Of a stretch of 64,000 nucleotides of DNA, positions 9,762-17,693 are shown one piece after another. Source of the DNA: a virus; the IMG/VR virus record IMGVR_UViG_3300034190_002630; one strand, written 5' to 3'. Within the stretch, counting starts at the first letter, position 1; each line of letters starts with the position of its first letter. The notes under the pieces were generated by a model. That model worked only from the letters and a program-made list of their open reading frames with translations. It searched no databases and was not told where the DNA came from. The position numbers and the translations under genes are program-made.

Positions 9762-9920
9762 ATGAAACGATATGGTAATAAAATCAAACTATCGGAAGAA
9801 TTATATCCTTTCCGACACATTATAGAAAAATGTATGGAAAAAGGTATAACAAAGTTTCCGTTGGTGCGATACAATAAAAAGATAATAAAAAAACAACCTG
9901 CAACCATCATATTAAACTAA
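9762..9920 (+). CDS. Hypothetical 52-aa protein
   Basis: Fills the gap exactly between neighbouring ORFs. Confidence 0.4.
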   Translation: MKRYGNKIKLSEELYPFRHIIEKCMEKGITKFPLVRYNKKIIKKQPATIILN

Positions 9921-10001
9921 ATGGACGAGGAAGAGTGGTATGATGAATGCCCTCTTTGTGGTGAGGATATAGAGGAATGTGAATGTTTTGACTATGACTA
10001 A
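9921..10001 (+). CDS. 26-aa acidic Cys-rich peptide
   Basis: MDEEEWYDECPLCGEDIEECECFDYD; abuts the upstream stop and overlaps the downstream start. Confidence 0.4.
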   Translation: MDEEEWYDECPLCGEDIEECECFDYD

Positions 10002-10593
10002 AATATTATGTATCGGAGATTCTTGGACTGATCCGAATTACCCCGAATATGACGGTATCAAAACATGGGCAGAATATTTCGACTGCGATATCATCGCTCG
10101 ATATGCATGTTCAAATGATTGGATATTTGATTCTTTTTGTCGATATCACGAGGCATATGATAAAATCATTATACTATGGAGTGAATGGCATCGACATGGA
10201 TTAACAGGAAAAGCGCATACTTTCTCAAAAACAGACGATGTATTGATAGATATACTCAAGACACCAAACTATATGTACGCTGTTGATAAAATACGAGGGA
10301 ATAATGTATTTCAAATGCAAGGACCTGACATCGTAGGATATGGTTATAATACGCAAAAAGAGATAGATATATCTGCGTATAAGGCGTGTAAACACATTAT
10401 TGACAGAGATATTACATCAAATGTACATGGATGGCCCTGTATGGAAGAGATTGGTGGATTTAATTGTCGATCATTATTAAACAAATCATTTCCGAATAAA
10501 TCATGGAAACTATCAAAGAATAACGGACACCCCAACACACAAGGACATCAATTTATATACGAATATATAAGAACACATGCGAACTTACAATAA
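9994..10593 (+). CDS. SGNH/GDSL-like hydrolase or acyltransferase
   Basis: ILCIGDSWT, SN, WSEWxR and GHPNxxGH motifs. Confidence 0.65.
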   Translation: MTKILCIGDSWTDPNYPEYDGIKTWAEYFDCDIIARYACSNDWIFDSFCRYHEAYDKIIILWSEWHRHGLTGKAHTFSKTDDVLIDILKTPNYMYAVDKIRGNNVFQMQGPDIVGYGYNTQKEIDISAYKACKHIIDRDITSNVHGWPCMEEIGGFNCRSLLNKSFPNKSWKLSKNNGHPNTQGHQFIYEYIRTHANLQ

Positions 10594-10656
10594 AACCCCC
10601 AACCCTCATACAATAGAACAACAACTCACAGTAAGCTCGCTCGCTAGGGGCTTGAT

Positions 10657-10902
10657 ATGAGTATTCCACAGTATAAGAACGATATTGGTGTACAATCCAT
10701 AGAAATTGGAGTACGAAACTTTCAATGTGTAGGAGAAACACCCCCAATGGATCATCCACACATATACTTAACAATGGGAAGTGGTATACGTAAGGTCTGT
10801 CTATATTGTAACACAGAATACACACTAAACAGTAGTCTTTCACGTGAGGAGACAATACCCGAGGGTTGTTATCATGGAGAGGTAGATGAGACATTACGGT
10901 AA
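10657..10902 (+). CDS. zf-CHCC zinc-finger protein (alphaproteobacterial/NDUFS6-related)
   Basis: IEIGVxxFxCVG..PPxDHPHIYL.MG..CxYC. Confidence 0.8.
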   Translation: MSIPQYKNDIGVQSIEIGVRNFQCVGETPPMDHPHIYLTMGSGIRKVCLYCNTEYTLNSSLSREETIPEGCYHGEVDETLR

Positions 10903-11056
10903 TAGACTGCACATAGTAGGATATACGCACATATCAGGCGACTTCTTCGGTCATATTCTCAGAGTCAACGGAAAGAAAGTACAATATATACCTGTACCAC
11001 ATGTTTGCGTAAAACTTTACAAAACCCTAAGAAATATAGTAAGTAGTGTTGGTTAG
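10886..11056 (+). CDS. Hypothetical 56-aa protein
   Basis: GGAGAGG RBS; overlaps the upstream stop. Confidence 0.4.
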   Translation: MRHYGNRLHIVGYTHISGDFFGHILRVNGKKVQYIPVPHVCVKLYKTLRNIVSSVG

Positions 11057-11134
11057 AGTCTGCGGCCTATCGGCAAAAAATTTCTGAGTTTCCACAAAAA
11101 TTATCGAAAAATCCCATCGGGGCCCGAAAAGGCC

Positions 11135-11163
11135 TTGACAAAAGCCCAAACCTGTGGTATAAT
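11135..11163 (+). promoter_or_regulatory. Perfect-consensus sigma70 promoter
   Basis: TTGACA-17 nt-TATAAT with an extended TG. Confidence 0.85.
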
Positions 11164-11216
11164 AGGTTATGTGCCTGGGGGTATAGTATAGCATATCAGC
11201 GTAGTATAGTATACCC

Positions 11217-11245
11217 TTGACAAATGGTACAAACTATGATATATT
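11217..11245 (+). promoter_or_regulatory. sigma70 promoter upstream of the candidate ncRNA
   Basis: TTGACA-17 nt-TATATT with an extended TG. Confidence 0.75.
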
Positions 11246-11251
11246 AATAGA

Positions 11252-11425
11252 ATATCACAGATACATCACAGTATGTTCGAGTGATCTGTGATATACAGTC
11301 AGAGTGGCCTCATTAAGGTAGTTTGGTGGCCCACATAGTACACATAGAGCGGCTCTCAATCGCCGATAGTGTATGAAAGTTCCGAGTTCTCGGTGTGGGG
11401 TGGAAGTTGAGGCCCTCTGAACTAT
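11252..11425 (+). ncRNA. Candidate structured non-coding RNA, family unknown
   Basis: Begins 6-7 nt after the -10 box; 11-bp hairpin 11252-11294; 13-bp closing stem 11299-11312/11408-11420 enclosing nested helices. Confidence 0.55.
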
Positions 11426-11545
11426 ACATGCGACAGGTTGACACCCCGCCCTTTAGAGTAGGTGGTGGCTTGTAATCTATAAATGCAATGTAGAATCCTA
11501 CCTTTATACTGCGACATTCTGGTACCCCCACCCCCCTAAATTCTC

Positions 11546-11574
11546 TTGACAAACCCGTAGGGATGTTATATACT
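11546..11574 (+). promoter_or_regulatory. sigma70 promoter
   Basis: TTGACA-17 nt-TATACT, then GAAAGG RBS and ATG 11598. Confidence 0.8.
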
Positions 11575-11597
11575 AAAATATATCGAAAGGATAAATT

Positions 11598-11801
11598 ATG
11601 GGAAAAGTAAAAGCAATGTACATGGAACAAGAAGAACAGATTATGGAGTGGTATTATGACGGTATTACTCTTGAAAAGGCAAAACATCTAGCGGAATTGT
11701 CTTTCGGTCCTTCTGTAATACAATTAGTAGAAGAAATCTACAAATATGGTGAATCTTACTTTCTAGAGAAAGAACACTATGGTGTCGAAGAGCCTTTATG
11801 A
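11598..11801 (+). CDS. Hypothetical early protein
   Basis: Promoter and RBS present; MGKVKAMYME start. Confidence 0.7.
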   Translation: MGKVKAMYMEQEEQIMEWYYDGITLEKAKHLAELSFGPSVIQLVEEIYKYGESYFLEKEHYGVEEPL

Positions 11802-11878
11802 TACTTCCACCAGACGTGAAAGCGTTATTTGTCACTTCAATGGCAATTGTATTTGTATTAATTATATTCGGAGCGTAA
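11798..11878 (+). CDS. 26-aa single-TM micropeptide
   Basis: ATGA overlap; MILPPDVKALFVTSMAIVFVLIIFGA. Confidence 0.5.
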   Translation: MILPPDVKALFVTSMAIVFVLIIFGA

Positions 11879-11879
11879 A

Positions 11880-11963
11880 ATGGTACGTCAATTGACATTT
11901 AATACATGTCTATTGTTTAGTATATCGTTTTTCATACTACTTGGTGTAGTAGCAACTGCATAG
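11880..11963 (+). CDS. 27-aa single-TM micropeptide
   Basis: GGAG RBS; MVRQLTFNTCLLFSISFFILLGVVATA. Confidence 0.5.
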   Translation: MVRQLTFNTCLLFSISFFILLGVVATA

Positions 11964-11974
11964 TGGAGTTCTAT

Positions 11975-12040
11975 ATGATTGAATATGCGATGATACTCTT
12001 TGCAATTCTACTGAATGAAACTTTGATCAGTATATTTTAG
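11975..12040 (+). CDS. 21-aa hydrophobic micropeptide
   Basis: GGAG RBS; MIEYAMILFAILLNETLISIF. Confidence 0.45.
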   Translation: MIEYAMILFAILLNETLISIF

Positions 12041-12115
12041 GGGGTATAGCTCAGTTGGGAGAGCACTTGATTTGCATTCAAGGGGTCGTGGGTTCGAATC
12101 CCTCTACCTCCACCA
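12040..12115 (+). tRNA. tRNA-Ala(TGC)
   Basis: GGGGGTA/TACCTCC acceptor with G3:U70, anticodon loop TTTGCAT, TTCGAAT, encoded CCA. Confidence 0.95.
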
Positions 12116-12199
12116 GCCAGCGAAGCAACTTTTAGGAACTGCGAGCGTCTTTGATATACTCTGATGTATGGTTGTGGCGGCGTCACACGAAACTTTTCT

Positions 12200-12207
12200 T
12201 ATAAATA
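12200..12207 (+). promoter_or_regulatory. T4-type late promoter
   Basis: TATAAATA followed by AGGAG and ATG 12231. Confidence 0.7.
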
Positions 12208-12230
12208 AACATGTATTAGGAGTAATTGAC

Positions 12231-12938
12231 ATGTCAAAATATTTTTTATTATCATCTAACCATAACGATTTTTCATCTCTGGCAACATATGTCATCGGAA
12301 AGACATTAGGTTATCACGATAACTATCTCAATAAGTCAGAGGTTTCAAGTCCGTACAAAGATTGGAACGTTTTTATCGAACAAACGACTGGTTCCGATAC
12401 AATTAGTAACATTTCAAACATGAGTACATGGTTGTCAACTCTTTATGATAATGTCAACGCAGATAATATTGAAGATTATTCTACAGCCTTGACAGGTTTA
12501 CTTTGGGAATCAAAGAAAACTGCTTCTAACGCACATTATGGTGATGTTCACGTACAGATTGGTATCGATCCGTCTGTAACGATTGACACAACTGATTACG
12601 ATAAGGTCGTAGCAGTGACAGATTCAAAAGTCATTCACCTGACATGGAGTGATTTTACGCATTCATCCTTTACAACCACCTACAAAGCACGTTGTGATGC
12701 CATGGATACTGGTAATAATGTATCTGATTGGGATGAAAGAATTAAAACTTACAAAGCAAACATGAATGCGATTACATATCCAAGTGATGGTAAGAGTTTT
12801 GTATTGTATCAAGATAAACTTTTAGATAAAGATGCGACACACTATGGTGAACTTTGCACATTTTTAGGACGATCACAGTTAGGCACATCCACCTGGCAAG
12901 GATACGTGGACGCTTATAATACTTTTATCTCATCATAA
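12231..12938 (+). CDS. Late hypothetical protein, possibly a degenerate sulfotransferase-like fold
   Basis: AGGAG RBS; C-terminal FVLYQDKLL..YGELCTFLG. Confidence 0.6.
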   Translation: MSKYFLLSSNHNDFSSLATYVIGKTLGYHDNYLNKSEVSSPYKDWNVFIEQTTGSDTISNISNMSTWLSTLYDNVNADNIEDYSTALTGLLWESKKTASNAHYGDVHVQIGIDPSVTIDTTDYDKVVAVTDSKVIHLTWSDFTHSSFTTTYKARCDAMDTGNNVSDWDERIKTYKANMNAITYPSDGKSFVLYQDKLLDKDATHYGELCTFLGRSQLGTSTWQGYVDAYNTFISS

Positions 12939-12941
12939 TAG

Positions 12942-12970
12942 TTGACATTCGTCACATTTTCTGATACATT
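12942..12970 (+). promoter_or_regulatory. sigma70 promoter (leaderless)
   Basis: TTGACA-17 nt-TACATT; ATG 6 nt downstream. Confidence 0.7.
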
Positions 12971-12976
12971 TACAGT

Positions 12977-13633
12977 ATGAACAACGCAAATCTGCAACAA
13001 ACAATTTCATTAAAGGATTTAAATCGACCAAAAGATCATATTCAAGTATTAGAAACTTATCCTTTTGCCATACGTAACATCTACGATGATGCGATGTCAA
13101 TCAATATCAATCGTAAAACAGGGCAACAAGTTCCTTTACACATTGATTTAGAATTAACAACACTTGAAAAAGTTGGAGTTGTTCGTACATCAAATGTCAA
13201 CGCAAGAATGACTGATTGGTATGTACATCAAGAAAGTGATTCCTATAATTGGATTGCTCAACAAGCGTGTGCCCTTGCAGAACAGATTACAGCGAAACTT
13301 GCAAAGACAAAATTCGAGTGTCATGAGATGTGGGGTGTGCATTACACTGAAAAAACATCGACACGAGCTCATTCACACTGGCCTTATCAGTTTGCTTTTG
13401 GATATTATATCAAAATGCCATCATACGCTCCCTTGATTTTTCCTACTGCGAACTATGAATACAATCCTAAACCTGGCGATCTTGTTGTTTTTCCTGGCCA
13501 TATACAACATGAAGTGAAATCTGTTGAAGGTGAACGCATCATGGTTGCAGGTAATCTCAAAAATACTCTCTGGTCAGTTTCAAGAAATTTTCAAAACTCA
13601 TCAATCAAGGATGTCATCAAACATAATATATAA
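12977..13633 (+). CDS. Putative 2OG-Fe(II) oxygenase
   Basis: WGxxY..HSH..YY..P..GDLVVFPGHIQHEV..RIMVAGN. Confidence 0.8.
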   Translation: MNNANLQQTISLKDLNRPKDHIQVLETYPFAIRNIYDDAMSININRKTGQQVPLHIDLELTTLEKVGVVRTSNVNARMTDWYVHQESDSYNWIAQQACALAEQITAKLAKTKFECHEMWGVHYTEKTSTRAHSHWPYQFAFGYYIKMPSYAPLIFPTANYEYNPKPGDLVVFPGHIQHEVKSVEGERIMVAGNLKNTLWSVSRNFQNSSIKDVIKHNI

Positions 13634-13641
13634 ATATAGAT

Positions 13642-14424
13642 ATGTTAAATGGATTAAAAAGAAGAAGTCAACATTTTTTCTATGATGATACAAAGATTCC
13701 GTCAAAAGAAACAATAGATCTAATACTTCGAGATACTTACTCATTAGTTCCTTTGAAAAATGATCTATCATGGATCAAAGCAGAAGTTTTTGGACCAGAG
13801 TATTCTGAGGATAAACATAAATTTTGTTTACAAACTGTCTGTGATTATTATGATGGTGATGAAAATGATGTTTACTCAGAGGCAGGTATTGATCCGTTAA
13901 AGATAGTTGACCCGATAAACGTTTGGGGTATTGGCAGAGAAAGAGAAAAACATATTCAAGAAGATCTCATGCCAAAACTTTTAGAATACAAAAAGATTAA
14001 AAAAAGATTACAACCACCTCTTCTATACAATTTAGTTCAGTTTAACAATCAAGTATTGGCACCTTGGGTGATTATGTTTACTTGTAATCTCAATCGTAAC
14101 GGAAGAGCGATCATACAAAATAAAAATCCAAATGATATAGATCATTCACTTCTAAAATATACAAATGTTAAAAATGCGTATGTACAAACATCCATGATGG
14201 CGTTGACAATCGCAGGTTTGGCAAATGAAAATGATTTAGACTGTAGTTTTACTATGGGATTTTTTCCAAGTAATCACAATGACAACGCATTGATTAGTAC
14301 AGATGAAAAATTTTTGATGGCTGTAAGTGTTGGTGTTGCAGACAATGATGTCGATTACTCAAAAGCAGACTCAACAAAACGTAAAGAGTTTAACAAATAT
14401 TCAAACATTTTTAAATTTAAATAG
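13642..14424 (+). CDS. Nitroreductase-like fold protein
   Basis: LKRRSQ..IP.KE.I..IL....VP.K, QVLAP, A.ENDLDCSF; late promoter TATAAATA at 13629-13636. Confidence 0.55.
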   Translation: MLNGLKRRSQHFFYDDTKIPSKETIDLILRDTYSLVPLKNDLSWIKAEVFGPEYSEDKHKFCLQTVCDYYDGDENDVYSEAGIDPLKIVDPINVWGIGREREKHIQEDLMPKLLEYKKIKKRLQPPLLYNLVQFNNQVLAPWVIMFTCNLNRNGRAIIQNKNPNDIDHSLLKYTNVKNAYVQTSMMALTIAGLANENDLDCSFTMGFFPSNHNDNALISTDEKFLMAVSVGVADNDVDYSKADSTKRKEFNKYSNIFKFK

Positions 14425-14426
14425 AT

Positions 14427-15281
14427 ATGAACAAAACAAATTTTATGGGTAAGGACGGATTTCATTGGTTCGTAGGAGTTGTAGAATCAAGAGAAGATCC
14501 AAGTCAACTAGGAAGAGTCCAAGTTCGTGTCTTAGGTATTCACACAGATAACAAAACATCTATACCTACAGAAGATTTACCTTGGGCGACTGTGATGCAA
14601 CCAACTACAAGTTCAGCAAACTCTGGTATAGGAACATCACCAAGTTTTATTATTGAAGGATCATGGGTTGTAGGATTTTTTATGGATACAGAAAAACAAC
14701 AACCAATTATCATGGGAACTTTACCTGGTGTTCAAAATCAAGAGGTTGATACATCAAAAGGTTTTTATGATCCAAACGGAACGTATCCATTAAGTCATTA
14801 TCTAAATGAATCTGATGTAAATAAACTTGCCAGAGGCGATAGTACACGATTAGTAAAAGTGCCTGATACAGTAACAGGCGAACCTTCCAATCCTTACAAC
14901 GCTGTCTATCCAAAAAATCATGTGTTTGAATCTGAATCAGGTCACGTTATAGAGATTGACGATACGACAGACGCAGAAAGAATACATGTTTATCACAAGT
15001 CAGGTTCATTTGTAGAGTTTCATCCTAATGGTGATATTGTCACACAACACAAAAATGGATTCAAAACTGTGACGGGCAATGATAATATTCATGTCACAGG
15101 TGATCTAACAATCAAAGCAGATGGTGATATAAAGATAGACGGAAAGACGATCAATCTAAATTCTGGCACACAAGGTGCCGCACGATTCGGTGATACAACA
15201 TTAGATAATGATACTGAACTCAATGGCGCCGATGCAGGTAAAATAGATTCCAGCTCTTCTACTGTAATCATTGGTGATTAG
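14427..15281 (+). CDS. gp5: Baseplate hub/spike (gp5-like), without a lysozyme domain
   Basis: WFVGVVExRxDP..LGRV.VRV.G.H, LPWA, GSWVVGFF.D, YP.NHV.ESESGH.IE.DDT. Confidence 0.92.
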   Translation: MNKTNFMGKDGFHWFVGVVESREDPSQLGRVQVRVLGIHTDNKTSIPTEDLPWATVMQPTTSSANSGIGTSPSFIIEGSWVVGFFMDTEKQQPIIMGTLPGVQNQEVDTSKGFYDPNGTYPLSHYLNESDVNKLARGDSTRLVKVPDTVTGEPSNPYNAVYPKNHVFESESGHVIEIDDTTDAERIHVYHKSGSFVEFHPNGDIVTQHKNGFKTVTGNDNIHVTGDLTIKADGDIKIDGKTINLNSGTQGAARFGDTTLDNDTELNGADAGKIDSSSSTVIIGD

Positions 15282-15283
15282 TG

Positions 15284-15291
15284 TATAAATA
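15284..15291 (+). promoter_or_regulatory. Late promoter
   Basis: TATAAATA upstream of gp25. Confidence 0.7.
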
Positions 15292-15312
15292 CTCTTATAG
15301 GAGAGTATCTTT

Positions 15313-15756
15313 ATGGCACACGTTTCAGGTAATTTTGGCACAGACGCACAATTAACAAACAAAAGTAGTAAGTCTGCAAGAATAAACACTGATTTAGATT
15401 TATTTTTCACAAGAAGAACAAATAAAGATGTTAGCGTTGTAGAAGATATTCAGGCTGTCAAAAGATCAATTCGTAATTTAGTACAATTTAATCCTCATGA
15501 GAAACCATTTCACCCAGAGATCTCATCAGGTATTCGTGATTTATTATTTGAAAATATGTCACCTGTCACCAGTGTTGTACTTGCAAGGAAAGTAGAAGAC
15601 GTAATTACAAACTTTGAACCTCGTGCTAGACTACAATCTGTAAGAGCGATACCAAGATTTGATGACAACGCATATGAGGTCACTGTTGATTTTTACGTTA
15701 GAAACTATCCTACAGAATTAGTAAACTTAGACCTCTTTCTAGAGAGATTACGATAA
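15313..15756 (+). CDS. gp25: Baseplate wedge subunit
   Basis: DLDL.F, AVKRSIRNLV..EKPF.P, I.NFEPR. Confidence 0.93.
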   Translation: MAHVSGNFGTDAQLTNKSSKSARINTDLDLFFTRRTNKDVSVVEDIQAVKRSIRNLVQFNPHEKPFHPEISSGIRDLLFENMSPVTSVVLARKVEDVITNFEPRARLQSVRAIPRFDDNAYEVTVDFYVRNYPTELVNLDLFLERLR

Positions 15757-17684
15757 TGGCAACGACTGTAAATAAAAAAAATTTAAGAGTAACTGAACTT
15801 GACTTTGATGAAATAAAAGATAATCTAAAAACTTTTTTAAAAGATCAAGATGTATTAAAAGATTACGACTTCGATGGTTCTGCGATGAACATATTGTTAG
15901 ACACACTTGCATACAACACTCACTACCTTGGTTACAATGCAAACATGGCTGCAAATGAAATGTTCTTAGACACAGCAGGTTTACGTTCATCTGTGGTATC
16001 ACACGCAAAAACTTTAGGTTATGAAGTTCAATCTGCTCGAGCACCAAAAGCACAAATCAGCGTGACAGTGGTTTCTGATCAAACATCTATCACAATGCCA
16101 GCAGGTACAAAATTTTCAACAACATATGATGGCACAGATTACAATTTTGTAACATCAAATGATATACAAAGATTTAAGTTTGGTAATTCTGTTAACTTTG
16201 ATTCAATAGATGTTTTTGAAGGTACATACATTACAACAAGATATACAGTTGATACATCAGACTTAGAACAAAGATTTTTATTAAGAGACAATCGTGCCGA
16301 TACATCCACACTAAGAGTCACAGTTCAGAACTCATCTACAGATACAACTTCAACAACTTATACAAAGGCAACTGATATCACACAATTAGAATCTACATCT
16401 ACAGTTTATTATTTACAAGAAACTGAGGGAGGTCAATTTGAAGTTTACTTTGGAGATGACGTGGTTTCAAAAGCAGTGGCAGATGGTAACATTGTATTTT
16501 TAACATATGTTGTTACAAACAAAACTGAAGCAAACGGTGCATCATTATTTAATCCACCAAGTTCGATTGGTGACGAAACAAATATTTCTGTAACCACAGT
16601 ATCAAATGCAATCGGTGGTGCAGAACCTGAGACATTACGATCAATAAAATTAAATGCACCTTTGAATTATGCATCACAAGGTAGAGCTGTAACAACATCT
16701 GATTATGAGTCAGTAGTCAAAAGAGTTTTTGCAAACACACAAGCAGTTTCAGTTTTTGGTGGAGAGGACGGAAGTTTTAATTCATCAACTGGTGTGACAT
16801 CAACACCTGAATATGGAAAAGTTTTTATATCAATTAAATCTACAACTGGTGCAAACTTAACATCATCACAAAAAACACAATTGGTAAGTGATTTAAAAAC
16901 TTATACGATTGCATCTATAACACCTGTGATTGTTGACCCAGAAACAACATTTTTAAGACTTGCAATTACATATAGTTATGACACGTCTGCAACAACTTTA
17001 GGATCAAGTGATATTGATGGTTTGATCACCACTGCATTACAATCATACAACTCAAATACATTACAAACATTTAATTCACAATACAGAGCATCTGCTGTTT
17101 CAAAACTTATCGATGAAGCAGATAACTCTATTTTAAATAGTACAACATCTGTTAAACTTTCAAAGTTCTTCACACCAACACAAGGAACAACAACTTCATA
17201 TAGAATACCTTTTAACAATGCGTTATTACACCCAGAGGATGGTTATCTAGCATCGACTGGTGGTGTTGTTTCATCAACTGGTTTTAGAGTAGGAACAGAT
17301 ACGACATCAGAGTTTTTCTTTGATGATGATGGCCAAGGTAATTTAAGAAGATACTCAATCGTTGGAACTACAAGAAACTATGCAGACTCAAGCGCAGGCA
17401 CAATAGATTATGATTCTGGTTTGGTAACAATTAATAATATTAATATCACTGGTGTTCTTAATGTAGATGATTTAACATCATCACAAATAAGAATTATAGT
17501 GACACCTAATTCAAATGATATCGTGCCAGTGAGAAATCAAATATTAGAAATTGATTTTGTTAATACAAGTTTAAATGGTAACATCGATACAGCCACAACA
17601 TCAGGCACAACTACAACAACCACTGGCTCTGGAACAACTGCCACAACTACTGTGACATCATCAGGTGGCACGTCAAGTTATTAA
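15756..17684 (+). CDS. gp6: Baseplate wedge subunit
   Basis: ELDFDxIK.NLK.FL, LLD.LAYNTHY, ANEMFLD.A..RSSVVSHAK.LGY, QGRAVT..DY. Confidence 0.95.
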   Translation: MATTVNKKNLRVTELDFDEIKDNLKTFLKDQDVLKDYDFDGSAMNILLDTLAYNTHYLGYNANMAANEMFLDTAGLRSSVVSHAKTLGYEVQSARAPKAQISVTVVSDQTSITMPAGTKFSTTYDGTDYNFVTSNDIQRFKFGNSVNFDSIDVFEGTYITTRYTVDTSDLEQRFLLRDNRADTSTLRVTVQNSSTDTTSTTYTKATDITQLESTSTVYYLQETEGGQFEVYFGDDVVSKAVADGNIVFLTYVVTNKTEANGASLFNPPSSIGDETNISVTTVSNAIGGAEPETLRSIKLNAPLNYASQGRAVTTSDYESVVKRVFANTQAVSVFGGEDGSFNSSTGVTSTPEYGKVFISIKSTTGANLTSSQKTQLVSDLKTYTIASITPVIVDPETTFLRLAITYSYDTSATTLGSSDIDGLITTALQSYNSNTLQTFNSQYRASAVSKLIDEADNSILNSTTSVKLSKFFTPTQGTTTSYRIPFNNALLHPEDGYLASTGGVVSSTGFRVGTDTTSEFFFDDDGQGNLRRYSIVGTTRNYADSSAGTIDYDSGLVTINNINITGVLNVDDLTSSQIRIIVTPNSNDIVPVRNQILEIDFVNTSLNGNIDTATTSGTTTTTTGSGTTATTTVTSSGGTSSY

Positions 17685-17693
17685 TGAAAAAAA

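Noticed and set aside
11313-11687. 124-aa minus-strand ORF across the non-coding island
   Set aside because: No RBS or recognisable motif, and it overlaps a better-supported + strand gene and promoter.
12145-12195. Hammerhead or theta (HDV-like) ribozyme after tRNA-Ala
   Set aside because: The core reads CTGATGT rather than CTGANGA, stems I and III do not pair, and the HDV P1/P2 helices are poor. Kept only as a weak structured-RNA candidate.
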